Of a stretch of 53,092 bases of DNA, positions 9,508-18,632 are shown piece after piece. Under the pieces are notes generated by a model. That model was not told the origin of the DNA. It worked only from the letters and a program-made list of their open reading frames with translations, and made no database searches. Position 1 is the stretch's first letter. Every line of letters begins with the position of its first letter. This DNA is from Thermoplasmata archaeon. Its GTDB lineage: Archaea > Thermoplasmatota > SW-10-69-26 > JACQPN01 > JAJPHT01. The DNA lies in contig JAXDQU010000031.1 in assembly GCA_034667685.1 (NCBI GenBank), positions 1 to 53,092 on the forward strand. The letters are read 5' to 3'. The position numbers were made by a program, and so were the translations under genes.

Positions 9508-10203
9508 ATGCGAACCCTGTTTGCGCTCCTCTGCCTCGCCGCCCTCGTGGCGCTCCCCGTCCCGACGCGCGCCGCCACGCTCGATTGCTCCAGCGCGAAC
9601 GCGGCCGTGGCGCTCCAGTTTCAGCGCGGCGTCTGGGACGCCGATCTGGCCCACGCCCTCCGAGACGCCTACGCCGCCTGCCAGGGCGCGGACCTCCCCA
9701 CGCCGCAGGCCCCGCGCAGCGGCCCCGAGATCGGCCCCATTCACCCGCCCGTCAACCCCTACTTCCTGCTCGACACGCCCACGGAAAATCTCGTCAATCC
9801 CGCCGGGGCCGAAGGATGCAGGGCGGGCGCCAACACCTACGCGGCCACCTACACGCTGGCCGTCGCGGGTCCCCCCGTTGGCGTCGGCCCGTTCTTCGTG
9901 AGTCCCAGCGCCGCGAACCGCTACAACGTGCCCGGAACGGCGCTGCTCACCTACGATCCGGCATCCTCGCCCCACACGAGCACCAACGGCGAGACGAACG
10001 ATCTCAGCTTCGGCATGTACGCCGACAGCACCCGCGTCGGGTGGGTGTACCTCTACGACGCGCCGATCCCTGCCAGAACGGCCGTCCTCAAGGCGGACTG
10101 CGGCAACCAGGCCAATGCCTACGTCTGCTCCGCCGAGGGCTACTCGGATGCCTGGGCAGGCCTCTACAACGTGATCGTCACCGTGAACGTGGCGGGCTGC
10201 TGA
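9508..10203 (+). CDS. Secreted Cys-containing protein, unknown function
   Basis: GGAGG RBS; signal peptide MRTLFALLCLAALVALPVPTRA; 6 Cys in the mature part including the C-terminal residue. Confidence 0.75.
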   Translation: MRTLFALLCLAALVALPVPTRAATLDCSSANAAVALQFQRGVWDADLAHALRDAYAACQGADLPTPQAPRSGPEIGPIHPPVNPYFLLDTPTENLVNPAGAEGCRAGANTYAATYTLAVAGPPVGVGPFFVSPSAANRYNVPGTALLTYDPASSPHTSTNGETNDLSFGMYADSTRVGWVYLYDAPIPARTAVLKADCGNQANAYVCSAEGYSDAWAGLYNVIVTVNVAGC

Positions 10204-10235
10204 AGGCCCACGCCGTGTACCCCAAGGTCGATGTC

Positions 10236-10853
10236 ATGACCCGCCCTCCCATCGTGAAGCTGCTGCCCGTGCGCACGCTCGCCCTCCTGGTACTTTGCGC
10301 GCTCCTGCTGCCCGCCCTTCCTACGGCAGTCGCCGACGACACGGGCCGCAGCTTCACGCGGGAAGATACGGGCCGTTGCGGCGACTGGCCGCAATCCCTG
10401 TACCCCCACGGCTGTTACACGCGATCTGAAGCGACGCTCACCGTCACGGATTGCGACTCCGACCATTGCGACTTCACCCTGAGCCAGTCAGGAAACGGAA
10501 CGGCCGCAGCGCCCGGCCTCATGTTCTTTGATCTCATCTACATGCGTGCCGACGATGCGGATGGAAGCCGAACAACCGTGCGATTCTGCTCGGAATTTGA
10601 CGAAGTGGAAGCGCTCTCCGAGAGCCTCGATCCGCAAGACTTCAGTTGCCCATACGTTTGCCACGCCGGCTACGCCGTGGCGCAGGCCTTGGGGTGCAGC
10701 GGCACGATCAAGGACCGCGCGCACATCCCGCCCGGCTATTGTTCCTGGATCCTCGATGGCGCGCAGTTCGAGGATGACTTCATCGAGGTCGCGCAGACTG
10801 ACCCCACCTTCAGGATTTGCCGCGACGCCTCGGGCGCCGTGACGGTCTTCTAG
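10236..10853 (+). CDS. Secreted Cys-rich protein, unknown function
   Basis: Signal peptide ...RTLALLVLCALLLPALPTAVA; about 10 Cys; 3' part of listed ORF 9585..10853. Confidence 0.7.
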   Translation: MTRPPIVKLLPVRTLALLVLCALLLPALPTAVADDTGRSFTREDTGRCGDWPQSLYPHGCYTRSEATLTVTDCDSDHCDFTLSQSGNGTAAAPGLMFFDLIYMRADDADGSRTTVRFCSEFDEVEALSESLDPQDFSCPYVCHAGYAVAQALGCSGTIKDRAHIPPGYCSWILDGAQFEDDFIEVAQTDPTFRICRDASGAVTVF

Positions 10854-11070
10854 CGGAGGCTTGGCGCCCGCCATGGGGACCGGCTGGCCGCCGCGGTGCC
10901 TCGATCCGACCGCTCCCGAGTGGTTCTTGGGGACGGGACGCCATTTCGGAGGGTGGGACGGGAAATGGGAGCCAGCCCCGCCCTCGGCGAATCCTTATAG
11001 CGCCGGCAAGCGCGTCCTCGATCCGTGGATGCGGCCGCACGCGCTCGCAAGGCTCGCGCGCCCGGCCTCT

Positions 11071-11092
11071 CCACAAAGATGTGACTTTGTGG
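11071..11092. promoter_or_regulatory. Perfect 8-bp inverted repeat, candidate operator
   Basis: CCACAAAG-atgtga-CTTTGTGG overlapping the probable GTG start of the Lrp-like regulator. Confidence 0.55.
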
Positions 11093-11928
11093 ATGCACGC
11101 GACGTCGAGCTGCTCCGCATCCTCGCGGAGGACCCCCGCGCCCCCGCGCAGCGCGCCGCCCGCAAGCTCGGGCTCTCCGCCAACGCGGTGAAGGCGCGCC
11201 TCGCCAAGCTGCGCGCCGAGGGCGCCCTGCAAGGGTTCGTCGCCACGCCGCGCGCCGCCGCGCTGGGCCTGCGCGAGGCGCTCCTCGTCTTCGAGGGCGT
11301 GCACGACGCCGCCGAGCGCGAGGAGGAGCTGCTCCGCGTCCTCCCCGAGGTCCCCGGCGTGCGCTTCGCCGACGTCGGGCCCGACGCGGTCCACCTGCAC
11401 CTGCTCGCGCGCGACGAGGCCGACTTCGAGCGCATCGAGCGCGCCGCGATCTCGCTCTGCGGCAAGCCGCCCGCGCACCGCGCGCTCGCCCCCGCCGCGC
11501 CCGCCGCCCCGCTCGATCCCGCGGACGCCCGCCTCGCCGCCGCGCTGCTCGCCGACGCGCGCCGCCCGCTCCCCGAGATCGCCAAGGCCGCCGCCCTTTC
11601 GACCAAGACCGCGCGGCGCCGCCTGGAGGCGATGCTCGCGCGCGGCGACCTGCGCATGGACGCCGTGCTGTCCCCCGCCGAGGCGGGCGGCCTCGCGCTC
11701 TGCGGCGTCACCCTGGAGGCCGAAGGCCCGCGCCTCGACCATGCCGTCGTCGCGGGCGAGACGCCCCGCGAAGCGCACGCCCGGGCCCGGACGCTTGCGG
11801 GCGCGGCGCGCGCGTTCCCCCTCGTGGGCGCCAGGCGCGCGGGCGAAGCGTGGCTCCGCGACGCGATCCTTTCGCCGCAGCCCGGCCAGAAGGCGTATCC
11901 GCCGGCCGCGCCGACGGTGCGTCGATGA
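11089..11928 (+). CDS. Lrp/AsnC-family regulator with two HTH domains
   Basis: DARDVELLRILAEDPRAP...ARKLGLSANAVKARLAKL and DPADARLAAALLADARRPLPEIAKAAALSTKTARRRL; alternative ATG at 11029. Confidence 0.85.
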   Translation: MDARDVELLRILAEDPRAPAQRAARKLGLSANAVKARLAKLRAEGALQGFVATPRAAALGLREALLVFEGVHDAAEREEELLRVLPEVPGVRFADVGPDAVHLHLLARDEADFERIERAAISLCGKPPAHRALAPAAPAAPLDPADARLAAALLADARRPLPEIAKAAALSTKTARRRLEAMLARGDLRMDAVLSPAEAGGLALCGVTLEAEGPRLDHAVVAGETPREAHARARTLAGAARAFPLVGARRAGEAWLRDAILSPQPGQKAYPPAAPTVRR

Positions 11929-12317
11929 GGATCACCACGGACGCGTGGGACCCCGAAGGCTTCGAAGCGCGCCTCGCGCGCGAGGAGCGCGTCGTCGTGC
12001 TCTTCCACGCAGGGTGGGACGAGCTGCGCCGCGCGTGGGAGGACGCCGCGCCCGAATTCCCCTACGCCACCGTGCGCGCCGACCTCTCCGATCCCGCCGA
12101 CCCGCGCCGGGAGGCCCATGATATCACGGCGCTTCCCACGCTGGTCTACTTCGAGAAGGGGGAGCCGCTCGACCGCCTCGACGGCGAGCCCGGGGTCGGC
12201 CTCTCGGCCCGCGCGCTGCACGACTTCCTGGAGCACGTCGAGGCGCTCAACGAGGAGGCCGAGCCGATCCCGCGCTGGCTCAAGCGGCGCCGGCAGCCGA
12301 CGTCGCGGCACCCATAG
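11925..12317 (+). CDS. Thioredoxin-fold protein lacking CxxC
   Basis: VVVLFHAGW and ITALPTLVYFEKGEPLDRLDG match the Trx fold; no Cys; ATGA overlap with the upstream gene. Confidence 0.75.
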   Translation: MRITTDAWDPEGFEARLAREERVVVLFHAGWDELRRAWEDAAPEFPYATVRADLSDPADPRREAHDITALPTLVYFEKGEPLDRLDGEPGVGLSARALHDFLEHVEALNEEAEPIPRWLKRRRQPTSRHP

Positions 12318-12326
12318 GCTCCTCTG

Positions 12327-12519
12327 CGATATCGTTTTCGTCCGGGTCGGGGGGAAGCGTCCCCCCGAACCCCCCTCCGATGCGATGCGCGCGGCGAGCG
12401 CGGAGCGCGCAAAGGGCGGTTTTTCTCGTCGCTTCGCGCGCTCCGCGCCCCTCGCGCGCTCCGCATCGCGGGGGTCTGGGGGCGGCAGCCCCCAGCCGGA
12501 GCCACACGAAACGATATCG
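12327..12519. repeat. ~190 bp symmetric MITE/REPIN-like element between convergent genes
   Basis: Terminal IRs CGATATCGTTT(T)CGT / ACGAAACGATATCG; internal hairpins at 12348-12367 and 12476-12495; central GCGGAGCGCG / CGCGCTCCGC inverted units. Confidence 0.7.
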
Positions 12520-12538
12520 AGCGAGGGGGCGCGTGCCC

Positions 12539-12907
12539 TCACCGCACGCTCGCCTTGAGGAGCGTCACCAGCGTCATGACCGCGAGGAGGGAGATGCCCT
12601 CCGCCGTCCAGTGGAGCAGCGGCCCGACCTTGAACAGGAACGCGACCGCGGCGCCCAGGAAGAGGATGCCCTGGTAGACGTGGCGCCTCGCCTCGCGCTG
12701 CGCCGCCATGCGCGGGAAGAAGAGCTGCTGCATCCAGGGGACGCGCGCCGCGCGGTTGCCCAGGAAGCCGAGGACGAGCAGCGTGAGCAGGATCAGCCAC
12801 CACGCCCAGTCGCTCTGCCAGAGCTTGATCGTCAGGTAGACCTGGAGCGGGAAGAAGACCAGGAACACGAGCCAGCCGGGGAGCCGGAGCACGCGGCGCA
12901 CTCGCAC
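12539..12907 (-). CDS. Small 4-TM membrane protein
   Basis: Four hydrophobic helices; GC3 bias; GTG start chosen by eye. Confidence 0.7.
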   Translation of the reverse strand: MRVRRVLRLPGWLVFLVFFPLQVYLTIKLWQSDWAWWLILLTLLVLGFLGNRAARVPWMQQLFFPRMAAQREARRHVYQGILFLGAAVAFLFKVGPLLHWTAEGISLLAVMTLVTLLKASVR

Positions 12908-13138
12908 GCCTTCGGCTTGAGCGTTTCTCGCGGCGCCTGCGGCGGGCCGACCCGCGCTTCTCACACGAATGCGCGGCCGGAGCCTCCGAAGCCATGTTGC
13001 GGGCAGGCCGCCTCCGGCGGGAGGAATCCCGGATCATCTCCTAACGTGACCTCTTCGGGCGCTCCGGCCGCCAGCCTTGGTCCCGGGCGCGACCGGACTC
13101 CCGGAACCTCGGGCGCCTCGGGGGAAGCCGCGCAGCGC

Positions 13139-14275
13139 TCAGGGAGCCGCGCGCATCTTGGCCTCGATCGCCATGACGTGCATCGCGACGCTCCAGCCCA
13201 GGGGCGTGTTCGGCCCGACCTCGTCGCTCCCGGCGAAGTACAGCTCGGGCAGGTTGCCCAGCCCCTTGAGCACGCGCGCGGTCCACTGGAGGTAATGGTC
13301 CGCCTTGGCGGCGTGCCCCATCTCGCGGTGGACCAGCGAGAGCCACGGCAGGCCGAAGCACCACTCGGCCTCGGTCCCGAAGTAGAACTCCCAGGGCTTG
13401 TCGCGGCCGTGGTCGTCGGCGAGCGTGCTGTAGTACGAGTCGCCCTGATATCGGATGACGCCGCGCGTGCGCAGGAGGCGCCGCTCGACGTTCTTGACGA
13501 TGCGCTCGCGCTGCTCGCCGGTGACGACGCGGTAGGGCCAGCAGAGCGAGAGGAGCGCGAGGTCCACCGGCTTCGTGGCGCTCTCGCGCGGCAGGAGGCG
13601 ATCCAGCGCGGCGCGGCCCGGGTGGATCAGGTCGTCGGGCACGTCGAACCCCTGGCGGCGGAGGGCGAGCAGGCCGCCCAGGCAGGCGCCGACGCTGGAG
13701 GCGTGCAGCTCCTCGGCCTCCTCCCACATGCCGTTGTCCGGGTCTTCCCAGTAGCGCAGCGCGCCGAGCATGCGCACGAGCTTGGCGAGCACGCGCCGGT
13801 CGCGCTCGTCGCGCAGCACGGGCTTCCCCACGCGCAGGCCCTCGGCGATGGCGAAGAGGATGGCGCCCGTGGCGTCGTTCTGCTTGTTGCCCCAGGGCTC
13901 CTGGAACTCGCGGAGCGACTCGGGGTGGAAGCGCGCGTGGATGTAGCCGTCCGAGTGGAGGGGCTTCTCGCGGATGGCGCGGTCGATCTTGAACTCGTGG
14001 CGGCGCAGGATGTCGAGCAGCGACCAGATCGTGCGCTGGTAGTGCGTGCCCGGCTTGTCGAGGTAGGGCATCACCTCGTAGACGGTGTCGCGCAGCCAGA
14101 CCTTGCTGTAGTCAGCGCTGGGGCTCGCGATGTAGAGCCCGTTGGGAAGGCGCAGCCGCTCCAGGGTCGCGTAGCCGGCCTCCACGACGGCCTCGACGGG
14201 GTGGTCGCGGGGCTCGAAGGTGGCGGCTGTCGCGTGCGCGGGCAGTCCCGGAGGAGGTGCGGTCGTCATGGCCAT
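13139..14275 (-). CDS. Glycoside hydrolase family 15 / phosphorylase-kinase alpha-beta-like (alpha/alpha)6 protein
   Basis: VWLRD, QNDATG, DNGMWEE, ASSVG, GVIRYQGDSY, EAEW, LPELY, NTPLGWS motifs. Confidence 0.85.
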   Translation of the reverse strand: MAMTTAPPPGLPAHATAATFEPRDHPVEAVVEAGYATLERLRLPNGLYIASPSADYSKVWLRDTVYEVMPYLDKPGTHYQRTIWSLLDILRRHEFKIDRAIREKPLHSDGYIHARFHPESLREFQEPWGNKQNDATGAILFAIAEGLRVGKPVLRDERDRRVLAKLVRMLGALRYWEDPDNGMWEEAEELHASSVGACLGGLLALRRQGFDVPDDLIHPGRAALDRLLPRESATKPVDLALLSLCWPYRVVTGEQRERIVKNVERRLLRTRGVIRYQGDSYYSTLADDHGRDKPWEFYFGTEAEWCFGLPWLSLVHREMGHAAKADHYLQWTARVLKGLGNLPELYFAGSDEVGPNTPLGWSVAMHVMAIEAKMRAAP

Positions 14276-14548
14276 TCAACGGAAGGAGGAGGCGGCAGTC
14301 GTCGAGCGCTCGCGCGAGGGCGCGCGGCGCGTGCCCCGCGGCGCGGAGCTGGTCGAGCAGCTCGCCCCATTCGGCGAGGCTGAGCGTGCCCGCCCGGCGA
14401 CCATGCCGGATCCGCGAAAGGAGCGGATGGTCGCGAGGCAGGCAGGGCACGATGGAGCATCTGCCGCCAGATGGAAAACTCGGTTCTGGAGCACCGGTGG
14501 AAGTCCTCGCCTCCGTCATGGAGGCGTGAGGGACTTCAACGCTGGGGT

Positions 14549-15223
14549 TCAGTCCTTCCGGCGCTTCGCGGCGGCGCGCTGGCCCTCGGCAGCCCGCTCC
14601 AGGAGCTTGCGCTCCTTCGCCGCCTCGCCGGGGTAGCCGGTGATGCGGAAGACCACGTGGCTGTGCGGGCCCATCGTCACGGCGATCGTGCCGGCGCCGT
14701 CGTACGCGACGGTCGCGTTGCCGTGCAGCGTCAGCTTCGCGGTGTGGTCGCCGGAGGTCAGGAGCGCGCCCGCCGGGCTCCAGCCGGGCTGCTTCCCGAA
14801 GGCCTGCACCGAGACGCCCGCGGGCACCTTCAGCGTCACGACGTTGCCCTGCGCCGAGGTCACGAGGAACGCGGCGTTGCGCGCGTCGAAGGCGACGAAG
14901 CTGAAGTCCGGCGCGTCGCGCTCGACGTACACCGGCCCGCGCGTCTTCTCCGAGAGCGAGGTCGCGTTGGAGGCCGCGAACGAGATGCTCTCGAAGATCG
15001 CCGCGTCGCCCCACGGCCCGCGGCTCGTGTAATTGGCGACGTCGCCGTTCGCGTCGACGGAGAAGCCGACGTTGCGGCCCGACACGACGCCGTCCTTCAG
15101 GATCAGCCCGGCGGCGGCGCTCGTCGAGGGGCTGGCGTTCGCTTGCACGTCCGCCGCCGCGAGGCCGACGCCCAGGAGGGCGAGGACCGCGAGGCCGGCG
15201 AGGAGGATCTTCTTGGAGATCAT
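14549..15223 (-). CDS. Secreted protein, unknown function
   Basis: Signal peptide MISKKILLAGLAVLALLGVGLAAA; beta-rich body; basic helical tail. Confidence 0.75.
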   Translation of the reverse strand: MISKKILLAGLAVLALLGVGLAAADVQANASPSTSAAAGLILKDGVVSGRNVGFSVDANGDVANYTSRGPWGDAAIFESISFAASNATSLSEKTRGPVYVERDAPDFSFVAFDARNAAFLVTSAQGNVVTLKVPAGVSVQAFGKQPGWSPAGALLTSGDHTAKLTLHGNATVAYDGAGTIAVTMGPHSHVVFRITGYPGEAAKERKLLERAAEGQRAAAKRRKD

Positions 15224-15354
15224 GGGACTCACCGAGGCGGAGGTGGGCCGGCGTGGGGCATAGGGTTCGGCCGACTTGCGGTCCCAGGTTGGCCTCAGGC
15301 TCACCCAAATCTGGCACAACAAGGCTTATTCGGCCGCTCGGTGGGCTCCGGCGC

Positions 15355-16536
15355 GTGCGCCTCGCCCTTGTCCTTGCCGCCCTGGTCCTCGCCGGCTGCG
15401 CCTCGCAGGCGCCCGCCGCGCGGCACGAGACCGAGAACGCGACGGCCGCCATCCCCGCCTACAACCTGACGCGCGAGAACGTCACGGTGCCGCCCGCCGA
15501 GATCCAGAACGCGACGCTGGGCGGCGAGCACGTCCACGACCTCTGGAAGGGGCGCGAGCAGATCGTGCTCCTCGACGCCACGGTGCAGGCCGGGCTCTGC
15601 GAAGGGCCCAGCGACGCGGCGCTCCAGCTCGCCCAGGAGGTCCTCGCCGAGGGCGGCGCGGCGGATGGCTGCGCGCGGCTCTTCCTGCCCGACGGCGTCG
15701 TCGTCCCCGAAGGAACCGGCGACCTCGAGGTCAGCGCCGACGCGTCCGCCGCGATGAAGGGCACGGGCGGGATGGAGCTGAACTTCCGCGACAAGGCGCG
15801 CGAGGGCACGGCCGAGCCCACGACCGACGCGACGCACGTCTGGCACCTCAACCTCACGGAGGCGGACTGGGACCTGCCCCACGCGAACGCCACGACGTGG
15901 GTCCTCTACGTCCAGGGGCACGGCTCGGCCACGCTGCTCGATGGCGACGTCCACGCGCGCATCGTCGCGCACCGCATCCCCGGCTGGCAGCCGATCCTCG
16001 CCGTGGCGCACGTCGACCACTGGAAGCTGCCGCACCTGCACGACTTCGCCGCGCCCGACGTGATGCGCCTCTTCGAGGGGAACCTGAGCGTCACCAACAT
16101 CGACCCCGCGCGCCTCCAGGGGCAGAATCTACCTCAGACGTACCCGCTCCAGGACATCGTGGCGCCCGGCGCGAAGTGGATCACGCTCGTGGTGGACGAC
16201 AAGTCGAGCGACTGCGCGCCCGTCCTCGAATGCCACCTCGTGCCCGCCCTCGTCGTGGGCGGCTTCGAGCGCGAGCGCTTCGGCAACCTGACGTTCCACG
16301 ATGGCGCGCGCCGCGTCTACACGTTCGCCGTCCCGACCGAGGTCCCCGAGGACAGCGTCTACGCGAACCGGAGCACGACGCAGATCGACCCGCGCATCGA
16401 GGGGTGCGCGCCCAACGGCGACGAGACGAGCTGCGGCGTGCTGAGCATCGCGTCGACCACCGTGACCGCCCGCGTGCTCGTGCTGGCCTGGCACGGCGAC
16501 GTGGACAACGCGGTGCTCAAGAAGATCGCGGGCTGA
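15355..16536 (+). CDS. Lipoprotein, unknown function
   Basis: Lipobox VLAGC; TATA-like GCTTATT about 30 nt upstream; several N-x-S/T sequons and Cys pairs. Confidence 0.8.
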   Translation: MRLALVLAALVLAGCASQAPAARHETENATAAIPAYNLTRENVTVPPAEIQNATLGGEHVHDLWKGREQIVLLDATVQAGLCEGPSDAALQLAQEVLAEGGAADGCARLFLPDGVVVPEGTGDLEVSADASAAMKGTGGMELNFRDKAREGTAEPTTDATHVWHLNLTEADWDLPHANATTWVLYVQGHGSATLLDGDVHARIVAHRIPGWQPILAVAHVDHWKLPHLHDFAAPDVMRLFEGNLSVTNIDPARLQGQNLPQTYPLQDIVAPGAKWITLVVDDKSSDCAPVLECHLVPALVVGGFERERFGNLTFHDGARRVYTFAVPTEVPEDSVYANRSTTQIDPRIEGCAPNGDETSCGVLSIASTTVTARVLVLAWHGDVDNAVLKKIAG

Positions 16537-16981
16537 GCCTCGGCGCGTCGCGTGCGCACAGCTTCGCCGCTCCGCGCCACGCCCTCGGGTACGACTTGCG
16601 CGCGTAGCGCAGGAACGCGGGGCGCGCGAGCCGACCCACGAGGTTGCGCGGGCGGACCGTGACCTGGATCGTGACGCGCGTGCCCGTGGGCGTCGGCGCG
16701 AGCGTGAAGACGTCGCGCTGCGCGAGGCCGAAGGGAAGGCGGACGTCGACGTCCCAGCCGTCTTCGCGGAACGTGAACGTCTCCGGGATGCGCAGGTTGC
16801 GCAGCGGCGGCACGCGCCAGTAGGTCAGCGTCTCCCACGTGCGCCCGTCGCGGCGCAGCGTGACGATGCGGTGCGGCTGCTCGCGGGGGTCGGAAGCGCG
16901 GTAGTCCGCGGGCGCGTCGAGCCACCACGCGCGCACTTCCGCGGGCGGGCGCGGGATCTTCAGGACGACTTCGAGGTCCAC
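16517..16981 (-). CDS. SRPBCC/START-like domain protein
   Basis: IPRPPAEVRAWW start, FTLAPTPTGTRVTI strand and C-terminal helix typical of SRPBCC; 3' part of ORF 16517..17845. Confidence 0.65.
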   Translation of the reverse strand: MDLEVVLKIPRPPAEVRAWWLDAPADYRASDPREQPHRIVTLRRDGRTWETLTYWRVPPLRNLRIPETFTFREDGWDVDVRLPFGLAQRDVFTLAPTPTGTRVTIQVTVRPRNLVGRLARPAFLRYARKSYPRAWRGAAKLCARDAPRLSPRSS

Positions 16982-17028
16982 GCTGCGCCAGTGGTACGGG
17001 GCTCCTTGTGGCCTCCGGTTGCCGAACG

Positions 17029-17772
17029 TCAAACGGCGGAGATGGTGGCGTTCGTGAGGTCTGACGCAGCGACCGAGACGAGGACGGGGATGCGCGCGGC
17101 GCCGTAGAGCCTCGCCGGGACGCTCCCGGGCGGGACGTCGGCGTACCCGGTGCCCACCGCGGGCTGCCGCTGCGCGAGCGTCGCGTCCCAGGCGAAGAGG
17201 CCGCCGCTCCGGGTCGTGAACTCGCGCAGCTTGACCGAGCCGCCGCCGGGCGTCTGCGCCAATGGACCCAGCGTGATCGAGACGTCGCCCACGCCCTCCC
17301 ACGCGATGGAGCACGTGGTGCCGCCCTGCGGAAGCGGGGTCGCGTCGGCGAACGACACGCGGCCCGCGCGCGCCGTCGCCCCCTGCCGCGCGAGGGCCTC
17401 CCGCGTCGCGGCGTCGGCCAGCAGCGGGTCCCACTTCACGTACCAGCTCGTGGCGTTGCCCTTGAGCGCGGCGGGGGGCGTGACGGCGGCCCAGAACGAG
17501 GCGTACGAGGCCGCCCCCTGGCAGAGGAAGGCGTCGATGCCCATGGGCGACTTGCCGGGCGTCCGGCCCGCGGCGGCGGTGAAGCCCGCCGGAAGCTGCG
17601 CCTGGAGCGCGGAGGCGTCCACCTCGAACTGCGCCGTGACCTCGCGGCAGCCCGCGAGGCCCCAGGAGAGCGGCGCCGCGGCGGGGGTCGCGGGCGAAGG
17701 GACGAGCGGCGCGGCGCAGCCGGAGAGCGCGGCGACCAGGGCGCCGACGAGCGCGAGGCGGGGAAGACCCAT
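17029..17772 (-). CDS. Lipoprotein, possibly with an acetoacetate-decarboxylase-like fold
   Basis: Lipobox ALSGC; FEVDASALQAQLPAGF resembles the ADC-like N-terminal motif. Confidence 0.65.
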   Translation of the reverse strand: MGLPRLALVGALVAALSGCAAPLVPSPATPAAAPLSWGLAGCREVTAQFEVDASALQAQLPAGFTAAAGRTPGKSPMGIDAFLCQGAASYASFWAAVTPPAALKGNATSWYVKWDPLLADAATREALARQGATARAGRVSFADATPLPQGGTTCSIAWEGVGDVSITLGPLAQTPGGGSVKLREFTTRSGGLFAWDATLAQRQPAVGTGYADVPPGSVPARLYGAARIPVLVSVAASDLTNATISAV

Positions 17773-17920
17773 CGCGCGGGCAACGCGGCGGCCCGCGATG
17801 CGCGTTGTGGACGGGTCGTAACAACGGCCTGTGCGGCCCGGCCATCCGCGCCGGACCCTGGCCGCCGCACCCAAGCGCTTATCGACGCCGCGCGCGCTGG
17901 AGCGCCCGGAGGCCCTTGCC

Positions 17921-18589
17921 ATGAACGTCCGCATCCTCGCGGGGCTCGCGCTCGTCGCGTGCTCCTTCCTCGCCCAGCCCGCCCACGCCGACTGCCAGAC
18001 CGCCACCCTCGACGCGTACCCCGATATCAATTACGTCACGGCGTGCGCGCTCGACCAGAACAGCGTCGGCGACCCGAGCCAGACTACGAGCAACGCCTAC
18101 GTGCTCCACCTCGCGCAGGCCTTCGAGGCCGACCCGGCGTTCGCGTACAGCCACGCGCAGGCGCAGCAGTCGGCCTGGCAGTACGACGACGGCACGACGC
18201 AGCAGGACCGCCACCAGACGGACCTCGGCGCGGGCGCGTTCGAAGGCGCGCGCGGCCTCGTGGGCACCGGCTTCCAGGCCGACGTCAACCAGCGCGACCA
18301 GACCGTGCCCGAGGACGACGGATCGAGCGGCGCCTGCTCGTGGTACGTCGGTCACAGCACGTGCGCGGGCGCGAGCGGCTGGCTCACCGTGCAGGACGTC
18401 GCCAGCGTCGGCGTGGGTGGCTACTGGTCGCAGACCGGCACGGGCAGCGCGTGCACCGAGAGCTACGAGGTGGACGTCGACGCGGCCGTCACGTTCCTGC
18501 CGATCACGACCGGACCGATGGCGTGCGCGCAGCAGGCGCCCGACCTCAACGACGGCGTGGACTTCTGGTCGCTGCCCGTGCTGCCCTGA
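17921..18589 (+). CDS. Secreted acidic beta-rich protein with 6 Cys
   Basis: Signal peptide ending AHA; GGAGG RBS and GCTTATC upstream. Confidence 0.8.
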   Translation: MNVRILAGLALVACSFLAQPAHADCQTATLDAYPDINYVTACALDQNSVGDPSQTTSNAYVLHLAQAFEADPAFAYSHAQAQQSAWQYDDGTTQQDRHQTDLGAGAFEGARGLVGTGFQADVNQRDQTVPEDDGSSGACSWYVGHSTCAGASGWLTVQDVASVGVGGYWSQTGTGSACTESYEVDVDAAVTFLPITTGPMACAQQAPDLNDGVDFWSLPVLP

Positions 18590-18632
18590 TCGGCTCGCAA
18601 CGGCTTTGCGGCGGCGCGCGCCTGGCGCGGCC

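Noticed and set aside
8649-10235. Integron-like attC sites between the secreted genes
   Set aside because: Spacers are 22-57 bp with no shared sequence or GTTRRRY/RYYYAAC pairs, and no integrase is present
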